The notes under the pieces were generated by a model that worked only from the letters and a program-made list of their open reading frames with translations, searched no databases and had not been told where the DNA came from. Position numbers and translations under genes: made by a program. From contig CAVUKA010000005.1 of the NCBI GenBank assembly GCA_963741945.1, forward strand, positions 320,001 through 384,000: a DNA stretch of 64,000 nucleotides. The letters run 5' to 3'. Below, one piece after another: positions 20,042-28,040 of this stretch. The first letter of the stretch is position 1; the number at the start of each line of letters is the position of its first letter. The stretch comes from an uncultured Gemmatimonadales bacterium (GTDB lineage Bacteria > Gemmatimonadota > Gemmatimonadetes > Longimicrobiales > RSA9).

Positions 20042-21106
20042 ATGCTCACAGGTGTCGCGCTGTTTCCAAAGCTAACGATGGGGATGGACTTGGGCGATAG
20101 AGTCAGCCGGATCTGCGGGGTGGATGCCGGAGGGGACGTGGTCCGCGAGGAGTCGGTGGCGACGACGTGGCCGGCGGTGGAGGAGTACTTCGGCGCGCTA
20201 GGGGCATGCCGGGTGGTGATCGAGGTGGGCACGCATTCGCCGTGGGTGTGTTGGCTGCTGGAGCGGTTGGGGCATGAAGTGATCGTGGTGAATGCGGCGC
20301 TGGTGTACGGGAAGGGGCGGCGCAAGAAGCGCAATGACGCCATGGACGCGGAGTTTCTGGCGCGACAGGGGCGAGCGGACCCGAAGCTGCTACACCCGAT
20401 CCGCCACCGAGGGGTGCAGGCCCAGGAGCATCTGGCACTGATTCGGGCCCGGGATCAGCTGGTGTCGGCGCGAACGAAGCTGGTCAATCATGTGCGGGGA
20501 ACGGTGAAGCCGGTAGGGGGGCGCATCCAGGGGTGTTCGGCGGACGCGTTTGCCCGCAAGGCGGACAGCCAGATCCCGAGCGGACTGCGAGCGGCGCTGG
20601 CGCCGGTGCTTGAGATGATCGGAGCCCTGACGGCTCAGATTCGGGGCTACGACCGGGAGATCGAGCGTTTGGCCCGGGAGCGATACCCGGAGACCGCGCG
20701 ACTGCAGCAGGTTACGGGCGTGGGCCCGGTGACCTCGCTGGCCTACGTGCTCGTGGTGGAGGACGCCAACCGCTTCGACCGAAGCCGGGACGCGGGGGCG
20801 TACTTCGGACTGGTGCCGAAGCTGGACGAGAGTAGCGATTCGAGTCCGCAGCTGCGGATCACGAAAGCGGGAGACGAGCTCGGACGAAGACTCCTGGTGA
20901 ATGCGGCTCACTACATCCTGGGTCGCTTCGGACCGGACAGTGACTTACGCGCTCATGGGGAGCGGATCGCCGCCCGGGGAGGAAAGAACGCCAAGAAGCG
21001 AGCGGTGATTGCCGTGGCCAGAAAGCTCGCAGTCCTGCTCCACCACCTCTGGGTCACGGGGGTGAAGTATGACCCGCATTATTCCGCCCGGCGTAAGGCG
21101 GCGTAG
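20042..21106 (+). CDS. IS110-family DEDD recombinase/transposase
   Basis: RuvC-like GMD, IE and KRNDAMDA; GVGPV; YFGLVP-xxx-ESS (catalytic Ser region); R-ITK-x-G; AVARKL. RBS GGAGGA upstream. Confidence 0.95.
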   Translation: MLTGVALFPKLTMGMDLGDRVSRICGVDAGGDVVREESVATTWPAVEEYFGALGACRVVIEVGTHSPWVCWLLERLGHEVIVVNAALVYGKGRRKKRNDAMDAEFLARQGRADPKLLHPIRHRGVQAQEHLALIRARDQLVSARTKLVNHVRGTVKPVGGRIQGCSADAFARKADSQIPSGLRAALAPVLEMIGALTAQIRGYDREIERLARERYPETARLQQVTGVGPVTSLAYVLVVEDANRFDRSRDAGAYFGLVPKLDESSDSSPQLRITKAGDELGRRLLVNAAHYILGRFGPDSDLRAHGERIAARGGKNAKKRAVIAVARKLAVLLHHLWVTGVKYDPHYSARRKAA

Positions 21107-21159
21107 AACGAGTCCGTAGACGAGCACAGACAGGAGCATCAGCACTTCGCCCAGAGAAA

Positions 21160-21305
21160 CCGCGTCCCTGAGACTGCGTTCCGCGCCTTGACCGTGAGAG
21201 GTCGCCGCAGAGTTGGCAGCTCAGGAGCGGGAAACGGACACCAGCTGGCACCGGTGCACCCGAGCGTGCACCCTCGACGAGTGCGGATAGAAGGATGGTC
21301 CGATG
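21160..21305 (+). ncRNA. Predicted bridge RNA/seekRNA of the IS1111-type element (transcript ends unknown)
   Basis: Two stem-internal-loop modules whose loop strands match the target (TCCGCGCCT, AGAG) and the donor junction (CAGCT, ATAGAAG); details in findings. Confidence 0.75.
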
Positions 21306-21395
21306 GGCGAACGCAGGGCCGGTCGAGGACCGGCTGGGGCCACCACGTTGGCCCTTGACAGACAAGGCCTTCTCATAGAAGGCGCGGAGCGGCCC

Positions 21396-21508
21396 ATGAG
21401 ACGGAGTCGATTTTCGGAAGGGCAGATCGCCATGGCATTGCGCCAGGCGGAGGCGGGTACGCCGGTGGCAGAGATCTCCCGGAAGCTCGAGATCTCCGAG
21501 ACCACCCA
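21396..21508 (+). pseudogene. IS3-family transposase OrfA N-terminal fragment
   Basis: MRRSRFSEGQIAMALRQAEAGTPVAEISRKLEISETT is a typical OrfA HTH start. Similarity stops at the stop codon of the opposite-strand gene. Confidence 0.85.
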
Positions 21509-21509
21509 G

Positions 21510-22370
21510 CTACGGTCCGCTCACTTGGCCAAATGGGCAAGCGGCAAGAAGAGCCGTAGCCGTCTGTGCGAGTGTTCGCTGGTCAGGAATGTCGACGTGA
21601 TGCGCCGCGGCAATCAAATCTTTTCCTTCCGAGACGGGGGTCGATCGGTGGGTCATGCCGAGGGATTCGTAATAATCCTGAAACTTGACGCCATCGCCAG
21701 ATAACCGATCGGTGACAATGATGTGCCGGGCTGGTATCCCGTAAGCATGTGCTATTATTACGCCATGCAGCGAACTGGAGACGACGCATTCACAACTGGT
21801 TACGGCCTCCACGAAATCGTTGATTGAATACCGCACATCAATCAGTATCAGCCCAGCAAGGCCACGGATCATCTCCCGGACATCTCGAATCTCCGTATAA
21901 TGCGGAACGACGCCCACCCGGCCAGAACGCATGGTGATGGTTGCTTCCAGGAACCGAGGCAGCAAGATCGCGGGATCACCAAATACTGAGGGGCACTCGA
22001 TGGCGAAATCTCGGTAGCGATCGAACGTCCGCGGCCCCCGTACAGCTCGGATTTCCTGAGGTTGCTCGAGGTAGGAATCCGACGACATGATTCCTGAACC
22101 CCAAATAATGGAATCCCATTGGGCGCGATTCGCGATACTCCCCGCCGTGAGGTAAACACTTCGTACTGACCACCTTGAAGGCCAGACGTTGACGGGTTGC
22201 CTGCCCGTCATCACCCCGAACAGATATGGTCCTACTTGATCGCCTACGTTCATAAAGCTGTACGGCTCAGACCAGTGCATTCGGTTCCCAGGGCTTCGGC
22301 GTACGCTATCCAGCGCAGCTCTAATCGCCGGCTTGGCTCGTCTCCGCAGCGCCGTCAGGTCGAGGCGCAT
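21510..22370 (-). CDS. Polysaccharide pyruvyl transferase family protein
   Basis: Motifs NVGD, GSI, WGSG, AVRGP-x-T, GDPAIL, VPHY, SSSLHG-x-I-x-AHAYG, KFQDYY. Start uncertain. Confidence 0.88.
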   Translation of the reverse strand: MRLDLTALRRRAKPAIRAALDSVRRSPGNRMHWSEPYSFMNVGDQVGPYLFGVMTGRQPVNVWPSRWSVRSVYLTAGSIANRAQWDSIIWGSGIMSSDSYLEQPQEIRAVRGPRTFDRYRDFAIECPSVFGDPAILLPRFLEATITMRSGRVGVVPHYTEIRDVREMIRGLAGLILIDVRYSINDFVEAVTSCECVVSSSLHGVIIAHAYGIPARHIIVTDRLSGDGVKFQDYYESLGMTHRSTPVSEGKDLIAAAHHVDIPDQRTLAQTATALLAACPFGQVSGP

Positions 22371-22476
22371 GGCAGAGCGGGTATGAGGTTTGCGCGGCGA
22401 CCCTTTGTCCGCGTATCCGACTGTGTCGGTCCTGGACGGTTCCGAACAGTGTCGCACCCACATCTTCGGAGCTGCA

Positions 22477-23505
22477 TCATTGACTCGGCCACCGCGCCGC
22501 CAGTGCAATCATCCAGGACGACCACGTGCGGCGCAGTCGCGAGGACCCTCCGATTCGGTCCGTTCGAATTCGTTTGAAGCCCCATTTGTCTTGCAATATC
22601 TCCTGAAAGCCACCGTTCCGGTACCGGAACTTAAAATACTCTTGCGGCTGTTCTGGAGCGGAAGGCCCTGCGTGCTCATGCACGGAATCCGGAGTGAAGG
22701 CTAGCCCCCAATCGGTATTCCGTCGGATTTGGAGCATGAAGTCAATGTGCTCGCCGCGGATCTTGAGTCGGTCGTCCCAGCGGACATCATCGAACAACTC
22801 GCGTCGGATCAGGAGGAAGTTGCGGCAATAATCGCACATCGAAAAGCGGACCCCCGCTGTCTCCTGCCATTCAACCCGCTCCAAGGCAAACGGGATCTTC
22901 CAAAGTGTACCACCAATCTGGTCCAAGCGCCCTTGTCCTGCGCTGACCTGCCCAGAACGTACACCGCGACCGCGATGGCGCTGAATTTCGAGGTCGGCCA
23001 CGGCTCCGATTTGTGGCCGTGCTTTCAACAAGGCTAACATACGGTCTACCGAAGTGTCGGGAGTGAAGACAAAGTCGTCGTCCATCCGAAGCACATACGG
23101 CTCATCGACATGAAGCAGAGCAGCGTTTCGCGCCGCAGAAGCACCCATGTCGAACGGCAGACGTATCACACTGTGCCCTGCCTTTTCAAGGTCTGCATAA
23201 AGGCGGTTCCGGTCGCCATCGTCTACCCCATCATCGACCACATAGATGCGGTAGTCTAGTTCGCCTGCGTTGACACCAATGGACTGCACCGTCTCGAATA
23301 GGCAGGGATTGCGCAGGAATGTCTTGATGAAAAGAGCCACCTCGGCCAAAGATGGCACCTCCTTTCTCAATCGGCCAAATTTTTTTTGCACTGCCAAACC
23401 GTATCCTACGGTGATCCTCAGAGCCCACGCAAGAAGGGGAATCAGCAGGATGTGCTCCGGGACTGTGCGTTGGCGTTTCTTCGAATTACATCTCCGTCCA
23501 AACAA
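22477..23505 (-). CDS. GT-A glycosyltransferase resembling GT12 beta-1,4-GalNAc transferases
   Basis: Motifs IKTFLR, VVDDG, LPFDMGASAARN, YVLRMDDDFVFT, NFLL, EHIDF. True start is probably downstream of 23505. Confidence 0.8.
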   Translation of the reverse strand: MFGRRCNSKKRQRTVPEHILLIPLLAWALRITVGYGLAVQKKFGRLRKEVPSLAEVALFIKTFLRNPCLFETVQSIGVNAGELDYRIYVVDDGVDDGDRNRLYADLEKAGHSVIRLPFDMGASAARNAALLHVDEPYVLRMDDDFVFTPDTSVDRMLALLKARPQIGAVADLEIQRHRGRGVRSGQVSAGQGRLDQIGGTLWKIPFALERVEWQETAGVRFSMCDYCRNFLLIRRELFDDVRWDDRLKIRGEHIDFMLQIRRNTDWGLAFTPDSVHEHAGPSAPEQPQEYFKFRYRNGGFQEILQDKWGFKRIRTDRIGGSSRLRRTWSSWMIALAARWPSQ

Positions 23506-23777
23506 ATCTCACGGCGTTTCTGATAGATAAATATATCGCCAAACGGCAGTTCGGCACGCCGCCGCGCATTCTGAGCAACCTAACGTCTTATCCGAGCGGA
23601 GCCGCTCTGCAAGGCTTGAGCGAAAGAACCCGAGCGGCACCGGCGGCCGTTGTCGATAGGAGTTTGCCTTGCGGAGAGACTCCGACGCGCAAGGGTGAGC
23701 GCGCTTTGACCGCATTCCGAAAGCTGACGTAGAGCCCGACGGGCTGATAGATGCTTCCCGGGCTCGGGACCGGGACA

Positions 23778-24947
23778 TCACGGTCGTCGCAGGGCATGGC
23801 TCAGCCACGCTGCGCTCTCGCGGAAGAAGGGGCGGGGGTCGCGCCAGTGGAACACTTCGTCGCGGTAGCCGGGGCCGAACGCCCGCAGGAAGCCGCCCAC
23901 GGCGGCGGCGCGGCTGCGCCAGCCGTAGCGTGAGTCCCGCCAGACGGCCAGCAGATGATCCACGTCGCCCCACATCCACCGGGTACGCGCGAAGCGATAG
24001 GGCGGAGGGGGTGGCAGGGCGCGGCCGGTGTGGAGGTCCAGGAGCAGTCGTGGGAAGTCCACGCCGGCGTCGATGGCCAGCTGGAGCGAGCCCCAGAAGC
24101 GGCCGTTGATCTCCATGAGGACCGGGTCGCCGGTCTCCGCGTCGAGCTTGTACTCCACCATGGCCACGCCGGACCAGTCGAAGGCGTCCAGCAGCGCGAG
24201 GCTCGTCTCGAGGAGCGCGGGGCCCACGGGCTCGCTCTGGCGCAGCACGCTCACGCCGCCGCTCGGCGGCTTCTCCCGGAGCCGGCGGTGGGCGAAACGG
24301 GCCAGCGCGCGCCCCTCGTGCAGCAGCACGAAAAGGCCGATCCCGGGACCCGTCACCGGCTGCTGGATCAGCACGGGGAACGCCGCCTCCGGGTACGCGG
24401 CCAGCCCGGCCTCCAGCTCCTGCCGCGTGCGGACCCAGCGGACGCCCACCTTGCCCCGTTGCCCGTCGCTGGCGGTGTAGACGGAGCGGGTCGGCTTGAG
24501 CACGGCCGGGAGGGGTGTGCCGGGTCCAGGATCCTCGCCGCGGGCCATCACGGTCGTCTGCGCCGGCACCCGGATCCCCAGGCGCGCGGCCATGTCCAGG
24601 ACCCGGGCCTTGTCGCAGATCGCCCGCACTGAGCTCAGCTCCGGGAACGGCAGGCGGGCTTCCAGCCGATCCCGGATCGGGAGCAGCGCAAGGAGGGCAG
24701 CCTCCGTCACGGGGACCACCAGATCCACGCCTTCCTCCTGCACTGCGGCGGCGACTGCCGCGGCATAGTCGCCGGGGCTGGCGGCGGGATCGGGGACGCG
24801 CAGCTCGCGACGCGCGTATCTCGAAGCCCCGGCCAGCGACCGGCCGCTGCCGCTGCACACCAGGCACCTGTACCCCGCGCGGCCGAGAGATCGCACGATC
24901 GCCAGCGCGGCCCGCTGGTCGCCATCGGTGACCAGGACGGTCTCCAT
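23778..24947 (-). CDS. ATP-grasp (carboxylate-amine) ligase
   Basis: Motifs SRY, DK, P-x-VLKP, LIQQ-x-V-x-G, HRRLREKPPSGGVS, GVAMVEYK, LMEINGRFWGS. TGATG overlap with the upstream deacetylase. Confidence 0.88.
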   Translation of the reverse strand: METVLVTDGDQRAALAIVRSLGRAGYRCLVCSGSGRSLAGASRYARRELRVPDPAASPGDYAAAVAAAVQEEGVDLVVPVTEAALLALLPIRDRLEARLPFPELSSVRAICDKARVLDMAARLGIRVPAQTTVMARGEDPGPGTPLPAVLKPTRSVYTASDGQRGKVGVRWVRTRQELEAGLAAYPEAAFPVLIQQPVTGPGIGLFVLLHEGRALARFAHRRLREKPPSGGVSVLRQSEPVGPALLETSLALLDAFDWSGVAMVEYKLDAETGDPVLMEINGRFWGSLQLAIDAGVDFPRLLLDLHTGRALPPPPPYRFARTRWMWGDVDHLLAVWRDSRYGWRSRAAAVGGFLRAFGPGYRDEVFHWRDPRPFFRESAAWLSHALRRP

Positions 24948-25843
24948 CACAGCGCCACCCCGCTGGCGCGGAGCTCCAGGCCCCGGACGCTCAGACCCGC
25001 CGGGACGTTGATCCGGGGCACGGACCGCCGGTCGCTCCCCGGCCTCCACAGGCCGCCACGGATCTCCAGGATCCCGTCGAAACCTGCTTCCACGGCAGCC
25101 CGGAGCACTGCGGGCGTGCCGGCGCCGTACGGGAGTGCGAGCCAGGGGAGGGCGGGCGCCCGGAAGCGGCGGATCCAGTCCAGCGTCCGCGCCAGCTCGT
25201 CACTCAGCACCCCCCGCTCGAGGCCGGGGAGCCACGCATGTCCCCAGCCGTGGCCGCCCACCGTGATCCCGTCGCCGCACGCCGCCGCGAGCTCGTCCGC
25301 CGTGGCAATGCCGTAGTTTGCCGGCATGGCGGGTGTCTGACCGTCGGGAAAGGCCCAGCGGCGCACCGTCTCCAGGCGCCCCTGGTGTGCCTCGAGGGCG
25401 GTGTCCCGCTCGCGGGACGACAGCCGCCCGGCTTCCGCCAGCTCATCCCACCAGAGCCCCGCCTCCCCCAGGAGCGCCGGCGCCACGAAGACGGTGCCCG
25501 GGAGTCCGCGGCGGCGAAGCTCCGGCAGCGCCAGTGTCACCGCGCCGCGATACGCGTCGTCGAAAGTGATCACGGCCCGGGGTCGGCGCCGCCTTTCGGG
25601 CACGCCGACATCGCCCAGGGCGACGATCTCGTGCGTCTCCGCGAGCCGGTCCAGCTGCCGGAGGAAGCGCGAGAAGGGGATGTGCAGGCTGGCGTCTCCG
25701 CGGCCCGCCTCCCCGTCCGGCACCACATTGTGATACGCCAGGACAGCCACGCTCCCCGTGCGTGCGCGCCGCGCCACAGCCGCCGCCCCCGACGCTGTCA
25801 GCGCCAGCTCCAGCGCGGTCTTCACAGTGCGACGCAGCGTCAT
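24947..25843 (-). CDS. Polysaccharide deacetylase (IcaB/PgaB-like)
   Basis: Motifs LAYHNV, ITFDDAY, TVFV, GGHGWGH, PYG, PRI. Confidence 0.85.
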   Translation of the reverse strand: MTLRRTVKTALELALTASGAAAVARRARTGSVAVLAYHNVVPDGEAGRGDASLHIPFSRFLRQLDRLAETHEIVALGDVGVPERRRRPRAVITFDDAYRGAVTLALPELRRRGLPGTVFVAPALLGEAGLWWDELAEAGRLSSRERDTALEAHQGRLETVRRWAFPDGQTPAMPANYGIATADELAAACGDGITVGGHGWGHAWLPGLERGVLSDELARTLDWIRRFRAPALPWLALPYGAGTPAVLRAAVEAGFDGILEIRGGLWRPGSDRRSVPRINVPAGLSVRGLELRASGVAL

Positions 25844-26985
25844 TCCTCCACTCCCGCGAGGCTCCGGAAGAGGTGGGTCAGCTCGCGGAGCTGCGCGCCG
25901 CGGGAGAAGTGTGCCTCGGCATGCTCCCGTGCCGCCGCCCCCATGCTGCGACGACGCTCGGGGTCCGCAAGGAGCGTCGCCATGGCTGCTGCCAGCGCCT
26001 CCACGTCGCCCGGGGGCACCAGGACCCCGGTCTCGCCGTCCCTCACCACCTCGGGGATCCCACCGGTCCGACTGGCCACCACGGGAACGCCCCGGGCCGC
26101 GGGCTCCAGCGCGGCCAGTCCGAACGCCTCCGCCCAGATCGAAGGGACCACGCACACGTCGGCGCCGCCCAGGAGATCGGCCGCGTCCGGACGGTAGCCG
26201 GCGAGGACGATGTCGTCCCGGGCGTCCAGTCGCTGACGCATCGATCGGAGTGCGTCCATGTACGGACCGTCGCCGAAATAGATGAGGACGGGCCGCGGCT
26301 CGGCCCGGCCGTGGATCCGGTCGAATGCCTCCAGAAGGTGCTGCACGCCCTTGTACTCCGCCGCCCGGCACGCGCACGCCACCACCGGGCGCTCCACCGC
26401 CACCCCGTACTCGCGCCGGAGCCATTCCCGGTCGGGGGCCGGCGGCACGATCACGGAGTTCTTGGTGACGCGCACCCGCGCGGGCGGCACCAGGGCCACC
26501 TCCACTGCGCGCCGGCCCACGTAGTCGCTCACCGCCAGGACCACGTCCGCGAGCCCGGGACGGAATGCGCGGCTGGCGCGCTTCAGCAGGCTCTTCAGAC
26601 CTCGCGGCGGCGTCCGTGCGCCCGATGTGTGGTCGTGCACCACGATCCGGCGCACTCCCGCGAGGCGCAGCACGGCGTACATCGGGTGCCAGGAAGCGCG
26701 ATCCGTGAGATAGAGGGTGCGGATCTCCCGGCGCCGCACGGTCCTCACCACCGCCAGCACGCCTGCCGGGGAGTTCAGCCGGACTGGCAGCTCGATCGCT
26801 TCCGCCGCGCTCACGGTGAGCGTGTCCGGCGCCGCATCCACGCGGGGATACGCCACCCACGTCCGGACCCCGTAGCGAGCGAGATCATCCGCCACGGCGG
26901 CGTAGAGGCTCTCGATGTATTGCCAGGCGTATCCCGCGCTGGTGGGGAAGTTGGCCACGCACAGCACGTTGCCGGTAGACGCCAC
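25840..26985 (-). CDS. Glycosyltransferase family 4
   Basis: GTG start 26985. Motifs YKG, PSIWAEAFGLAALE, GGIPEVV. Confidence 0.88.
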   Translation of the reverse strand: MASTGNVLCVANFPTSAGYAWQYIESLYAAVADDLARYGVRTWVAYPRVDAAPDTLTVSAAEAIELPVRLNSPAGVLAVVRTVRRREIRTLYLTDRASWHPMYAVLRLAGVRRIVVHDHTSGARTPPRGLKSLLKRASRAFRPGLADVVLAVSDYVGRRAVEVALVPPARVRVTKNSVIVPPAPDREWLRREYGVAVERPVVACACRAAEYKGVQHLLEAFDRIHGRAEPRPVLIYFGDGPYMDALRSMRQRLDARDDIVLAGYRPDAADLLGGADVCVVPSIWAEAFGLAALEPAARGVPVVASRTGGIPEVVRDGETGVLVPPGDVEALAAAMATLLADPERRRSMGAAAREHAEAHFSRGAQLRELTHLFRSLAGVEE

Positions 26986-26987
26986 CG

Positions 26988-27938
26988 TCAGACGCGCCGC
27001 AGCAGGCGCTGGAGCTGCCAGTCCACGCTGTCGCGCAGGCGGGCCACGCCGTCGTGAACGGCCAGGCGTGCCCGGACCGCCGGTGTGGCGGAACCGGTGG
27101 GCCGGTATCCCAGCTCTTCCATCAGGGGACTCGCGATGGCTTCCACCATGCGGACTTCGCTCCGGCTCAGGTCCTGCGCCCACCCCCCGACTTCGCCCCT
27201 CCGGAAAAAGCCCGAGGGGATCGTCCGTCCTGGCACCGGCAGCCCGCCATCGCCGCCGGCCCCGCGCTTCTGCAGGCGCTGGAGCCGGCACGCTTCCACG
27301 TGGCTTTCAACTTCCGCGGCGGAAGCCTCGAGCCCCAGCCACTCCAGGACCGCCGACAGGGCCTCGCCCGTGTTGCCTGACAGGTCTTCGTAGCGCAACT
27401 CCCGGTAGCGCGCGCCGGTTCCGGCCAGCTCGCGTCCCCGCTCCACGTGCCGCCGCCACACCCTGGCCGCTTCCGCCGCGTGCCCGGGGGCCCAGTTTCG
27501 CCCCCAGCTCCGCCCCGCCGCCACCAGTGACGCGGCCGTGTCCCGCGGGTCGCGGAGCACGTGGAGAAAATACGCCTCGGGGAAGAGCCGGTGTATGAAC
27601 GAAGCGTGCAGCGCGTGCTGCGGGCTCTTCTCCACCACCACCGGCGCCTCGGGGTTCCTCGCCGCGATTCTGCCCAGCACGAACGCGGCGCTGGTCCGGC
27701 ACAGCTGCTCGAACTCCGCTTCGCTCAGGAGCTGGCTCAGCCCACCGCCACCCTGGCGGTTGCGACGAGCTCCGTCCCGCTCCTCCGCCCACTGGCGCCT
27801 GAAACCGCTGAGGTAGAACCCGAAGATCTGCGTCTCGGGCGCGGTCACCACTCCGGCGTGCTGATCCAGCAGCAGCTGGATCCACGTCGTTCCGCTTCGC
27901 GGCGACCCGAAGATGAACAGGACTCTTGCCTCGCCCAC
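26988..27938 (-). CDS. Sulfotransferase (family 3 type)
   Basis: GTG start with AAGGAG RBS. Motifs GSPRSGTTW, EKSP, RDPRD-xx-AS, RYEDL, FFRRGEVGGW. Confidence 0.88.
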   Translation of the reverse strand: MGEARVLFIFGSPRSGTTWIQLLLDQHAGVVTAPETQIFGFYLSGFRRQWAEERDGARRNRQGGGGLSQLLSEAEFEQLCRTSAAFVLGRIAARNPEAPVVVEKSPQHALHASFIHRLFPEAYFLHVLRDPRDTAASLVAAGRSWGRNWAPGHAAEAARVWRRHVERGRELAGTGARYRELRYEDLSGNTGEALSAVLEWLGLEASAAEVESHVEACRLQRLQKRGAGGDGGLPVPGRTIPSGFFRRGEVGGWAQDLSRSEVRMVEAIASPLMEELGYRPTGSATPAVRARLAVHDGVARLRDSVDWQLQRLLRRV

Positions 27939-28040
27939 GGACTCCTTCCCCCATATCTTGGAACGCTGACCCAAACGGCCGCCTCCGAGCATATGCGGAC
28001 CGCTCACCTCAGAACTACACGCCGGACTACTCCCCGCGCA

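Larger units (their letters stand above)
19936..21381 (+). mobile_element. IS110-family, IS1111-group insertion sequence
   Basis: Perfect 11-bp sub-terminal IRs ATGAGAAGGCC (19941-19951) and GGCCTTCTCAT (21366-21376). AG core at 19934-35 and 21380-81. Long 3' non-coding end; TTGACA at 21355-60. Confidence 0.9.
19854..21508 (+). mobile_element. Decayed IS3-family (IS407-like) element: left end plus truncated orfA, interrupted by the IS110 element
   Basis: TG-initiated, IRL-like TGGTCTTCTCCCCAGAATTGAGTCC at 19854. The orfA start resumes right after the IS110 right end. Confidence 0.55.

Noticed and set aside
21355-21381. Strong circle-junction promoter of the IS110 element
   Set aside because: TTGACA is perfect, but the predicted junction gives only TAGAAG at 15-bp spacing or AGAAGT at 16 bp, so a -10 box cannot be supported.
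21303-21704. 133-aa ORF as an intact gene
   Set aside because: It is a chimera of the IS110 right end, 37 codons of IS3 orfA and antisense of the pyruvyl transferase.
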